Shown piece by piece: positions 19,120 to 28,636 of a stretch of DNA of 52,948 nt. The notes under the pieces were generated by a model, which was not told the origin of the DNA, searched no databases, and saw only the letters and a program-made list of their open reading frames with translations. The stretch lies in sequence record SRR20825010_1474. One strand, written 5' to 3'. Position numbers and translations under genes: made by a program. The stretch's first letter is position 1, and each line of letters starts with the position of its first letter.

Positions 19120-20338
19120 TTTGGGTCAATTTTAAAATCATTTCTTTTTTTACACCTGCGCATTCCACAGCTAATTGATAATCCCCAACGGCATACAGTC
19201 CACTATCAAGTTCAAAGGACCCCAAACCTGATCTGGAATTGGTTTGTTTGACTTCAATTAAATCTCCTTTGCTATCGTAAATTTTTAATTCTATAAGTAG
19301 TCCTTCCGGCACCAATTGCCCCATAAATCCAAGTATCGGCCCTACTGTGACGTTGCGATTATCGTTGGCTAATTTCACGTCAAAATCTATTATGGCACTT
19401 TTAAAATTCAGCTGAAGCTCATTGCTCTTTGCCTCACCCGTAATATACGCAGTAACCCCCCATTCTTCCTCCTCATTAGGGTGCAACATATTGGAGGTTG
19501 CAATTCCGGCCAAGGTAGCCCCCATAGATTTGAGCAATTCACCACGCTTATTTTTAACTATGAAATTAACCAAGGTTCCATCGTTAACCGTATTCCCAAA
19601 CCTATCCGTTATTAGTGAGGTTATAAATCTCACGACTTGATTACCATCCGCAAAATCATGTACGCGTTCAAATCCAATTTTGAAATCAGTACTATTGGAG
19701 GGGGATACAATGCTTGTAAGCTCTTTGGAAGTTACCCCGTTTACCGCCGCAGTAACCAACATACGTCCCGATTTTTCTTCCCCATAAAGTAGGCTATAGG
19801 CAAGACCATCTTTAAGGCGAACTTCAAATACATTGGTTTTGAAATCTATTAGTTGGCTGATAGACACTACAGTACTATCCGGAAGTGGGTTGTCATAATC
19901 GTCGGTTGGGATAATGGTAAGCATGGAATAATCTTTTCCCCCTGCCCTAATACTTCTTGGGCCAAAATAGGTTTCTATTTTGGAGAGATTCCCAATCCGC
20001 GGACCAAGATAAAATTTGTCCGACAACAGTACCTTGGAATTGGATACGAGCTTCCAGTGGTATTCCCCAGCCTCTTCCGTGAATTCTGGGGGTATATTGA
20101 ACATGGCCTTATCATTGATTATTTTAGGCTGAAAAAACAGGGGACCAAAACTATTGTCCAACAAAAGAAAAAGATTTCCCTTTCCTTGAAGTTGGAATTG
20201 GAATTCCAAGCCTTTCCCAACGGTTGAAGGCTGAGAAACAGCCACTACTTCCACCTTCAGATCGGTATTGAGTGCCTCCTCCCTCTCCTTGCAACCAAGG
20301 CCCATCAACAATACCAAAATGTAGAGCTTCCACTTCAT
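19106..20338 (-). CDS. Putative lipoprotein with Ig-like domains
   Basis: Start MKWK at 20338 gives lipobox LMGLG-C; DDYDNPLPDST and DRFGNTVNDGTLVNF resemble invasin/Big-type strands. Confidence 0.65.
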   Translation of the reverse strand: MKWKLYILVLLMGLGCKEREEALNTDLKVEVVAVSQPSTVGKGLEFQFQLQGKGNLFLLLDNSFGPLFFQPKIINDKAMFNIPPEFTEEAGEYHWKLVSNSKVLLSDKFYLGPRIGNLSKIETYFGPRSIRAGGKDYSMLTIIPTDDYDNPLPDSTVVSISQLIDFKTNVFEVRLKDGLAYSLLYGEEKSGRMLVTAAVNGVTSKELTSIVSPSNSTDFKIGFERVHDFADGNQVVRFITSLITDRFGNTVNDGTLVNFIVKNKRGELLKSMGATLAGIATSNMLHPNEEEEWGVTAYITGEAKSNELQLNFKSAIIDFDVKLANDNRNVTVGPILGFMGQLVPEGLLIELKIYDSKGDLIEVKQTNSRSGLGSFELDSGLYAVGDYQLAVECAGVKKEMILKLTQNEVE

Positions 20339-20339
20339 A

Positions 20340-23300
20340 TTATCTTGGATTTCCAATATAACTGTTCAGTTCCAACTTTATAAATTGAAACCCAGATCCC
20401 TTAAGTGGCTGTAGTTGGTCATATGAATGCTGCCGAATCCGTTCTTGAATCACTTTTCCTGCAATTTGCGCATTGGGCAGGCCATTAACAAAACAGTTTT
20501 TTAGACTGCTGTCGACAATCTCCAACCCTCCCAATTCCAAAGTATTGTAATGGAACGACTGTTTGCGCTGTACGCGGACCCCTTCACGTACAAATTTGTG
20601 GTCCACCCAAAGAAGATTTTTCTCAGTATCGTAATAAGAAATCAATAGTAAGGGAATGGTTACTTCCTGAACCCCTGAATTGTACAGTTGTCCCTTAAAC
20701 CCGTTTGGCAACAATTGTAATTCCTGTAGCACCAATCCCTTATAAAGATCGGTATTGGCCACATTTCCCGCACACTGCAAATTGAATTTGGTAGGTTGCT
20801 CCGAAAATTGAACTGGTGTAAATTCATCTGGATTGAAAGTAGGAGGAATAGTGTCTTTGGTCTGTGACCATGCAATGCCTTCAAAATTAATTTTAAAGGT
20901 GGTGGTTTCCATTGGCATTAGCTTATGCTTCATATGAAACTTGGCATTATAATTGGCCAATTCTTTATCGTCATCATTGTACAGGGTGGCCTTTAACACC
21001 ACGTCGGCAGGTACATTGTCCACATTCTGCAACTCGCCGATAACCGAGTAACTACCGTCCATTTTAACCAATTTGGCACTGAGCACCTCCAGAACAGGTT
21101 GTTTCAGTACATCCTCATGATGAGTCTGTTCTGTGGTTATTTTTCGGCGACCATGGTTATAAAAAGTAGTATTGTTGGAAGTAAACAATTGATCAGGGGG
21201 AATGTCGCTATCTAAATAGGAAGGTTCTATGTACCATTTCCCTTGACGTTTTACCAAATTATGATTGTATGTCTTTTGTATTCGTTCCAATGGGGTTACC
21301 CAAAATGTTTCTACTTCCGCCCTAGCATTTTGGTCAGTCTCATTGGATATCTTTATTTGGATTGCGTCCAATTTGGCATACGAGCTTAAGATGCCATCGG
21401 TTACAGATACTTCCTGCATATATTGGGCAATGGAAATTTCCTTTTCTATATCCAAAAATGAGTGTGCTGTCTCAAATTCCTTAAAATCCAAGGCATTATA
21501 ATAGGCCTTAACCACATTTTGTGGAGACCTTTGGGCTGTGTTGTGGATATAAAATTGGTAGATTCCAAATCCGAACAACGATAAGACCAAGAATGCCCAA
21601 AGATGATTTACACTGATAAGAAATGATGGAAATTTCCTATATTCAATAGCATACTTCATATAGTCCGGCTGTTGGATCATTCTTGAATTAAGTATTCGAA
21701 TCCAGAGCAGTTGAATATTGATAACAAAGGCTATCAATACCGTTAGAATAGGCACAATGCCCCACATTAGCTTCAGCCATTGGGCTACATCCTCTTTGGG
21801 AAGAATGGAGGGCACCGGGGGTACGTTTAATTTTTCCCAAACCATAATACCATTTTCCAACTGTTGTAGACGTTGCCATCCACAGAAATAAAGGATGGGG
21901 TCATAGAATTTATCATTACTAAAGATGTACTTTAGGTTATACTTTTCCGGAACGGTCAAAAACTGCTGAAGGGAACCAATACCCTCTACCCCCCTAAATT
22001 TCGAATTCTCCAAACGCTCAATGGCCCTGGTCGTCAATTCCGGTAATCGTCTTGCAGAATGATAATTACCATCAACAGTCATGGCTTTTGTCTGCGACGA
22101 GAGCCATGCCATTTGATCCCCGAAACCCAAGGGCAAATATCGCCACTGGTCGTGTTGGTCCTGATTTAAAAAATTGACGATGGGCAACATTTTTATTTTT
22201 TGGGGTTGGGAAGGTCGAAAATACCCCAAACTCATTGTAAAAATCACCATTAAAAGTATACTACCACCTATTAAAATACTAAGCACCCTATGATAGACAG
22301 CCCCAAATCGTTGCTGAAGTTGAAGTTTTAGATCCCCTTCGGCCAATCTATAGATGAATTCCCCAAAAATAGGTAATGCCATTATGGTAGCCCAAAGGGT
22401 GAAACGGTCCAAGGTCAGAATATTAAAAGCTGTTTCGCCCAATACCTTCAGTGGAATTGGGGTTGTACCCCCAGTGCCCAAAATAGTAAGTACCGATATG
22501 GACAAACCAAAGAACAAATATCGTTTACTGTAAAACCGGTAAAAAATATAGGGCAGAAAGAACAGCAGGATTCCCCAAGGCACAATAAAGAAAACCAGAC
22601 CTGAAGAGGTCACTTCCAAAAAATTATCCCTGGAACCATGTGGAATGGGGATTTGGGTAATAGGGTTCTTTTTGGAATTGACCCAATAGGGCAAAATACA
22701 GACCACTATTAATACCAAAGAGGAAAAACCAAATCCAACTATACGCCAAAAGAGCTGTTTAAAAGATTTGAAGAACACCTTAAAAGTTAATTCCCTATTG
22801 GTAGATACCTTATCACGGGATACATCCATAACGACCATTCCAATTAATGGAAAGACAAAAAATACCATTCCAAAAATAGGTGTAACATGATGAGAGGTAA
22901 CCGTTACGGCAATCAATGATAAGGAAGTGAGTAAATAATGCGACCTCCCCGTTTTGATCCATAGATATATCTCAGGCAGGGCATGCAAAAGAACTGAAAG
23001 TCCAATAATACTGGGTAACTGCCCAAATATATGTAAGGTTTCTATAAAGGTTGTGGAAAATACCGCCATCAAGGAAGTATAGCCTGCTACTTTTTGATTC
23101 CCCGTCATTAAAAGCCCAAAACGGTAAGTACCTGTAATAAAAAGAACAATTCCCAAAAGAGCTACCGTGAACAATCCAAATTTTAAGCCACCAACATAGG
23201 ATAAAAGGGCAATGGATTGATGAACTAAAGGTGGATAACCCTGAACTGTAAACCCCGTATACCATCTATAATCCCATGGTTCGAACCAACTATTGGCATA

Positions 23301-23426
23301 ATGATCGGCAAAAAAAAGATGGATCAAAGCATCATAGGTAGATTCCAATGTAAAAAAAATACTGGCACCGTGAAATGTAAGTCCAAAAAACAGGGCCAAG
23401 ACCAGTAAACTATTGGTGTTTTTCAT
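20340..23426 (-). CDS. Large polytopic membrane protein, GT-C-like N-half with extracytoplasmic C-terminal domains
   Basis: TYD after first TM, WYTG...GYPPL loop, >12 TM segments, then soluble domains with FxLYD-like strands (LKATLYND, LISYYD). Confidence 0.65.
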   Translation of the reverse strand: MKNTNSLLVLALFFGLTFHGASIFFTLESTYDALIHLFFADHYANSWFEPWDYRWYTGFTVQGYPPLVHQSIALLSYVGGLKFGLFTVALLGIVLFITGTYRFGLLMTGNQKVAGYTSLMAVFSTTFIETLHIFGQLPSIIGLSVLLHALPEIYLWIKTGRSHYLLTSLSLIAVTVTSHHVTPIFGMVFFVFPLIGMVVMDVSRDKVSTNRELTFKVFFKSFKQLFWRIVGFGFSSLVLIVVCILPYWVNSKKNPITQIPIPHGSRDNFLEVTSSGLVFFIVPWGILLFFLPYIFYRFYSKRYLFFGLSISVLTILGTGGTTPIPLKVLGETAFNILTLDRFTLWATIMALPIFGEFIYRLAEGDLKLQLQQRFGAVYHRVLSILIGGSILLMVIFTMSLGYFRPSQPQKIKMLPIVNFLNQDQHDQWRYLPLGFGDQMAWLSSQTKAMTVDGNYHSARRLPELTTRAIERLENSKFRGVEGIGSLQQFLTVPEKYNLKYIFSNDKFYDPILYFCGWQRLQQLENGIMVWEKLNVPPVPSILPKEDVAQWLKLMWGIVPILTVLIAFVINIQLLWIRILNSRMIQQPDYMKYAIEYRKFPSFLISVNHLWAFLVLSLFGFGIYQFYIHNTAQRSPQNVVKAYYNALDFKEFETAHSFLDIEKEISIAQYMQEVSVTDGILSSYAKLDAIQIKISNETDQNARAEVETFWVTPLERIQKTYNHNLVKRQGKWYIEPSYLDSDIPPDQLFTSNNTTFYNHGRRKITTEQTHHEDVLKQPVLEVLSAKLVKMDGSYSVIGELQNVDNVPADVVLKATLYNDDDKELANYNAKFHMKHKLMPMETTTFKINFEGIAWSQTKDTIPPTFNPDEFTPVQFSEQPTKFNLQCAGNVANTDLYKGLVLQELQLLPNGFKGQLYNSGVQEVTIPLLLISYYDTEKNLLWVDHKFVREGVRVQRKQSFHYNTLELGGLEIVDSSLKNCFVNGLPNAQIAGKVIQERIRQHSYDQLQPLKGSGFQFIKLELNSYIGNPR

Positions 23427-23509
23427 TAATGGATTGTAACAGAATTATAACAATTTAAAGGTAGCATTATTGTATAAGAGTCTATATATCAGTCATCGCA
23501 TCAAAAAAT

Positions 23510-23543
23510 CCATTCACCTACAGAAAACAGCCACTCAACTTTT
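23510..23543 (+). promoter_or_regulatory. Putative LytTR-type direct-repeat site D (divergent GT-C/REC-GT2 region)
   Basis: CCATTCACCTACA (23510) and CCACTCAACTTTT (23531); consensus -7 TACATTTG at 23573-23580. Confidence 0.6.
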
Positions 23544-23636
23544 GACCATCATTTTAAAGGGTAGCTTGTTGCTACATTTGCTCCAGAAATCACAATAAAC
23601 CAAGCGATTTAAATAAATAAACTTAAAACTTAACCT

Positions 23637-24776
23637 ATGAAAATTTTAGCCATTGACGACCAACAACTAATTCTCCTATCAGTAGAGAAAAGATTATCCG
23701 AACTCGGATATGCAGTAAAAACGGCCAACAGCGGGGCCAGCGGAATAAAGCTATTCGATAGCTACAAACCAGATCTTGTTTTGGTTGACATGAACATGCC
23801 CGATATGTCCGGGATGGAAGTGGTAAAACATATCAGATTTTTCAAAGATTCCAAAACACCTGTGCTGGTCATGTCCGGAAATACTGATGAATCTATAATT
23901 CTTAATAGTTTTATGCTTGGTATTGACGATTATATGAAAAAACCTGTGAGTTTGGATGAAATGACCGCTAGGATCAAAAGAATAGTCGGAAGTCCAAAAA
24001 TACAGGTTAATGGATTGCCAAAAGCAAGTACGCGTATGCTGCAAAAAAATTGTGTGGGTGTAGTAATTCCCTGCTATAATGAGGAGGATAGACTGTCCAG
24101 TGAGCTGTTCCGAAATTTTGCCTTCGAGAATCTTGGTTACCATCTATGTTTTGTAAACGACGGAAGTACGGACAATACTTTGGAAGTATTGGAAGAACTT
24201 AGAAAAGGAAACGAGTCCAACATAAGTATCTATAACTGTGATAAAAATGGTGGAAAAGCGGAAGCGGTCAGACAAGGAATACAGTATTTAATGCAGGACG
24301 AACAATTTGATTATGTAGGGTATCTTGATGCGGATCTTTCTACAGACTTCAGGGATTTTGACGACTTGGTCAAAACCATGGAAACCTCTAAATTTAAAAT
24401 TGTGAGTGGCTCGCGTATCAGCAGAATGGGTGCTGACATCACCAAGGAATCTGCCCGAAAAATAATTAGTAAAACCATAAATATTATTATTCAAAAGATT
24501 CTTGGCATGCCCTTTAAGGATACCCAATGCGGTGCCAAGGTAATGAACAGGGAAATTGCAGCAACTATGTTTGCAAAGAAATTCATAACCAAATGGTTAT
24601 TCGATGTTGAAATATTTATGCGCATGCGTAAGCATTACGGTAAAAAGGAGGCGACGAATATGATCTGCGAACAACCCCTAAAACGCTGGATACATGCAGA
24701 TGGGTCCAAATTATCCATGAAAGATTCCATTAAAATTGTTGGCCAATTGGCCAAGATTGCGATAGTTTACAATTAG
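23637..24776 (+). CDS. Receiver domain-GT2 fusion (polyprenyl-phosphate glycosyltransferase-like)
   Basis: REC (AIDD, LVDMNMP, MSG, YMKKP) plus GT2 (IPCYNEE, VNDGSTD, GKAEAV, DADL, DTQCGAK, WLFDVE). Confidence 0.9.
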   Translation: MKILAIDDQQLILLSVEKRLSELGYAVKTANSGASGIKLFDSYKPDLVLVDMNMPDMSGMEVVKHIRFFKDSKTPVLVMSGNTDESIILNSFMLGIDDYMKKPVSLDEMTARIKRIVGSPKIQVNGLPKASTRMLQKNCVGVVIPCYNEEDRLSSELFRNFAFENLGYHLCFVNDGSTDNTLEVLEELRKGNESNISIYNCDKNGGKAEAVRQGIQYLMQDEQFDYVGYLDADLSTDFRDFDDLVKTMETSKFKIVSGSRISRMGADITKESARKIISKTINIIIQKILGMPFKDTQCGAKVMNREIAATMFAKKFITKWLFDVEIFMRMRKHYGKKEATNMICEQPLKRWIHADGSKLSMKDSIKIVGQLAKIAIVYN

Positions 24777-24780
24777 TAGG

Positions 24781-24825
24781 AAAGGAGGTATCCATAACTT
24801 TATTTTAAATTGAGTTACCTCTTTT
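24781..24825 (+). terminator. Possible terminator hairpin
   Basis: AAAGGAGGTA ... TACCTCTTTT inverted repeat directly after the REC-GT2 stop; large loop. Confidence 0.4.
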
Positions 24826-24891
24826 GGCTTTGAAGATTTTGATATGATCATTTTTTGTTATCTTCAAATCCAAATAACAACAACCAAAATA

Positions 24892-26313
24892 ATGATGAAA
24901 CAGTGGCTTAAAACCAGCATAAATCTAAAAACTTTGCTAACCCTTCTATTAATATCCTCTTGTTTCAGCAAAGGCTGGAGCCAAGAAAACCTTAGCAAAA
25001 CCCCTAATTTCATCATCATCTTTGCAGACGATCTGGGCTATGGCGACCTAGGCACCTATGGGCACCCAACCATTAAAACACCCCATCTGGATCAAATGGC
25101 CGTGGAGGGGCAAAAGTGGACAAATTTTTACGTAGGTGCCAGTGTGTGTACGCCCAGTAGGGCGGCATTATTAACTGGAAGATTGCCAGTAAGAAGTGGT
25201 ATGGCCAGTGATAAGCACAGGGTGTTGTTCCCCGACTCCAAATACGGGCTACCCAGCTCAGAGATTACCTTGGCGGAACAATTAAAAAAAGTTGGTTATA
25301 GTACAGCCTGTGTTGGCAAGTGGCATTTGGGCCATAAGGAAGAATACCTACCTACCAATAATGGGTTTGATTACTATTTTGGTATCCCCTACTCCAATGA
25401 TATGGATTTTGTGGGGGATTATAAGGCCTTCAAAGAATCTAAAGGGAGTTTGCCCACCGAAAACTTTAATGTGCCCTTAATAAGAAATACGGAAATAATA
25501 GAACGCCCTGCCAATCAAAATACCATTACCAAAAGATATGCAGAGGAAACCATTTCTTTTATCAAAAGAAATAAGGATAATCCTTTCTTTATATACTTGG
25601 CCCACAATCTTCCCCATATTCCGTTATTCGCCTCAGAGGATTTTTTGGGTAAAAGTAAAAGGGGAATATATGGCGATGTATTGGAGGAAATTGATCATGG
25701 CATAGGACAAATAATTGCTGCCCTAAAGGAAGAGGGATTGGACAAAAACACCATCGTAATCTTTACCTCGGACAATGGCCCTTGGCTTTCCTACGGAATT
25801 AATGGCGGAAGTGCCGGTCTGTTAAAGGCCGGAAAAGGCATGACCTGGGAGGGTGGAATGCGGGAGCCTTGCATTTTCTGGTCGCCGTCCAACATTAAAC
25901 CGGCCGTGGTCAGCGAACTGGGAACCACCATGGACCTTTTCACAACCTTCAGTGCCTTGGCCGGCGTACCCTTGCCCAAGGACAGGGTTATGGACGGTTT
26001 TGACCTAAGTGGCACCCTTTTTAAGAATGCACCCAGCCCGCGAAAGGAAGTTTTCTATTATAGGGGAACACAACTATATGCTGCCCGACTAGGAGATTAT
26101 AAAGCCCATTACATTACCCAGGGATCTTATGGCCAATTTGGGGAAAAAGAAGTTCACGATATCCCAATCCTATACAATTTAAGCGAAGACCCATCAGAGA
26201 ACTTTGATATTGGAGCAAGTCATCCAGAAATTCTTGCCGATATAGACCGTATGGTCAAGGAGCACCAGTCCAAACTAATTATGGGCAAGGACCAATTGGC
26301 GGATAAGGAATAG
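24892..26313 (+). CDS. Cys-type (formylglycine) arylsulfatase-family sulfatase
   Basis: ADDLGYGD, CTPSRAALLTGR, GKWHLG, SDNG; signal peptide from MMKQW (24892). Confidence 0.93.
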   Translation: MMKQWLKTSINLKTLLTLLLISSCFSKGWSQENLSKTPNFIIIFADDLGYGDLGTYGHPTIKTPHLDQMAVEGQKWTNFYVGASVCTPSRAALLTGRLPVRSGMASDKHRVLFPDSKYGLPSSEITLAEQLKKVGYSTACVGKWHLGHKEEYLPTNNGFDYYFGIPYSNDMDFVGDYKAFKESKGSLPTENFNVPLIRNTEIIERPANQNTITKRYAEETISFIKRNKDNPFFIYLAHNLPHIPLFASEDFLGKSKRGIYGDVLEEIDHGIGQIIAALKEEGLDKNTIVIFTSDNGPWLSYGINGGSAGLLKAGKGMTWEGGMREPCIFWSPSNIKPAVVSELGTTMDLFTTFSALAGVPLPKDRVMDGFDLSGTLFKNAPSPRKEVFYYRGTQLYAARLGDYKAHYITQGSYGQFGEKEVHDIPILYNLSEDPSENFDIGASHPEILADIDRMVKEHQSKLIMGKDQLADKE

Positions 26314-26374
26314 TTGGGGCACCAAAGCTACTTGGAAGTAGTTACTATAACATTGGCCATGCATACCATAGTCA

Positions 26375-27364
26375 CTATATAGAGCCCTCACCTACCGCTT
26401 TCCGGCGTGCGAGTTTTCCCGCTATAATACTCATAATCAAAATCTGACTAGCATGGTATATCATTAGGGGCAACAAAATAATTCCAATGGATGCCATCTT
26501 CCCAAACAAAATTTTAGAAAAAACAGTACCATGTACAAGTGACTTTTTTGTCCCACAGAACTGGGCAGTAATTTGATCTTCCAGATTGAATTTTAGTTTT
26601 TTAGCCGTAATTCCAGTACTTAAAAACACCAAAAAGAATAGGGCCAATACTCCAATAAAAAGCAATACCAAATCCAAAAGGGATACCGAACCGAATATTT
26701 TTGCCTCAAATGATTCCGCAAAACTTTTGTAAATAATGAGCAATATAATCGACTTGTCAAAAAGCGACAATTGACTACTGTATTTTTGTGCCAAAACCCC
26801 CAAAAACCGTTGCAGAAGAAGCCCTAAAAAGACGGGGACCAAAATTTGCAGTAAAAGTTTTGTGTATATTTCCGTGAAGTCGAAATCTGCCTGGGTATTC
26901 TGAACAAAAAGTCCCATCCATATTGGCGTTAGCACTATCCCTATAATACCTGAAATACTCGCGTTAAAAATGGCTGCCGGGATGTTTCCCTTGGCCATGG
27001 CGACCATTACAACAGAGGAAGATACCGTGGACGGTAGGGCTGCCAAAAAAAAGAAGGCCAACCAAAGTGTCTCCTGTTCTTCATTTTGCATGAGCGGATA
27101 AAATGTTAAAACAATAAGTGGAAATATCAAAAAGGTAGATGTCTGCACCAACAAGTGCAACTTCCAGTTCTTAAGTCCGGCTTTTAACTTTTGGGGACTC
27201 AATTTTAATCCATAAAAAAAGAAGATCAATGAAATTCCTATTGCACTAATTGTATCGATAGGAACGCGACTGTCTGCCGTACCCCATTGTGGAAAAATAT
27301 AAGCTATACCAATAACAGCTATTATGGACAGAACAAACCCATCGATCTTAAATTTCATACTCAA
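26375..27364 (-). CDS. Bile acid:sodium symporter family (SBF-like) transporter
   Basis: FFFYGL, LPSTVSSSV, GNIPAAIFNAS, FCGTKKSL. Confidence 0.9.
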   Translation of the reverse strand: MSMKFKIDGFVLSIIAVIGIAYIFPQWGTADSRVPIDTISAIGISLIFFFYGLKLSPQKLKAGLKNWKLHLLVQTSTFLIFPLIVLTFYPLMQNEEQETLWLAFFFLAALPSTVSSSVVMVAMAKGNIPAAIFNASISGIIGIVLTPIWMGLFVQNTQADFDFTEIYTKLLLQILVPVFLGLLLQRFLGVLAQKYSSQLSLFDKSIILLIIYKSFAESFEAKIFGSVSLLDLVLLFIGVLALFFLVFLSTGITAKKLKFNLEDQITAQFCGTKKSLVHGTVFSKILFGKMASIGIILLPLMIYHASQILIMSIIAGKLARRKAVGEGSI

Positions 27365-27547
27365 TCCCTGTTTTACAGTTTGCCCATTAAATTAATTGAG
27401 GTAGTCCGGTGATAGATAAGTTAAAAAAAACCACTGCGAACAATAAGCTGGCAAAATTAAGATTTAATCCCAAAATATATAGAGATCTACCCGCTTAAAT
27501 CAGATTATGGAATCTGTATAAAAAAGGAAGTGGACAAAATACATTAA

Positions 27548-28576
27548 TCAGTCAATTTTCAAAACCTTAGCTCCTTTAACATGACGTTCTTTAAGTTCAA
27601 GAAGCGCCTTATTGGCCTCCTCCAAGGAAAATATTTGAACTTCTGGCCTAATGGAAGCATTAGCTGCCAAAATTAGAAAATCTTCAACATCCTTGGCCGT
27701 TAAATTGGCAACCGACTTAATTACCTTCTCCATCCATAGATGGTCTTGATAGTTTAGATTTTGTAGGTAACCTTTATCCGTCCCTTCCTTTCGAATGGCA
27801 TTGATGACCAACCTGCCTCCTTTTTTTAAATTGGCAAGAGCTTCCACCACGGGTTTCCAGGCAGGCGTGGTGTCTATAATAACATCCAATTTCTCCGGGC
27901 AGGCATTTGAGGTATCTCCGGCCCATTCCGCCCCCAATTCCTTTGCAAAAGTCCGTTCCTCCTCCTTTCTGGCAAATACGAATATTTTGGTCTTGGGGTA
28001 TGAATACTTCAATATTTTTAAGACAAGATGTGCGGAGGCTCCAAAACCGGTAAGTCCTACATTGTCACCATCCTTTAATTGTGCAAGCCGTAAAGATCGA
28101 TATCCTATTGCTCCTGCACAAAGAAGTGGAGCTGCCTCGGCATCGGAAAAAAATTCTGGGATCTTGTGGGCATATTTTTCAGGAACGGCCATGTACTCCG
28201 CATACCCTCCATTGACATCCTTTCCCGTGGCCAGAAAATGATCACAAAGATTTTCTTTTCCATCCAAACAAAACATGCACAAGCCGCAAGCGGAATAAAT
28301 CCAGGCCACCCCTACCCGATCTCCTATCTTAAATTTCGATGTCCCAGTTCCTAATTCAGTAACAATTCCTACCACCTGATGTCCGGGTACCACAGGAAAA
28401 ACTATCGGGGCTATTCTCCCCTCTATTTCATCCAGCTCCGTATGACAAACCCCACAAACCGAAATCTTTATCAATACTTCCATGTCTTTAGGTACGGGAA
28501 CGGGAATATTTACCATGGTCAAAGGATTCCTATTTTCCTTTAAATTACCTACTCCATTCAATATCATTGCCTTCAT
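27548..28576 (-). CDS. Zinc-dependent alcohol dehydrogenase family protein
   Basis: GVCHTE, PGHQVVG, CGLCMFC...C, GGYAEY, LLCAG, GFGASA. Confidence 0.92.
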   Translation of the reverse strand: MKAMILNGVGNLKENRNPLTMVNIPVPVPKDMEVLIKISVCGVCHTELDEIEGRIAPIVFPVVPGHQVVGIVTELGTGTSKFKIGDRVGVAWIYSACGLCMFCLDGKENLCDHFLATGKDVNGGYAEYMAVPEKYAHKIPEFFSDAEAAPLLCAGAIGYRSLRLAQLKDGDNVGLTGFGASAHLVLKILKYSYPKTKIFVFARKEEERTFAKELGAEWAGDTSNACPEKLDVIIDTTPAWKPVVEALANLKKGGRLVINAIRKEGTDKGYLQNLNYQDHLWMEKVIKSVANLTAKDVEDFLILAANASIRPEVQIFSLEEANKALLELKERHVKGAKVLKID

Positions 28577-28636
28577 ATGCGCTGGTCATTTTATTGTCCA
28601 AAACCTTTCCTTATCCAATCATACAATCAGTAAATA

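Noticed and set aside
24892-26313. Sulfatase as part of the glycan locus
   Set aside because: It is separated by a hairpin and has no LytTR-like repeat upstream; orphan sulfatases are common in flavobacteria.
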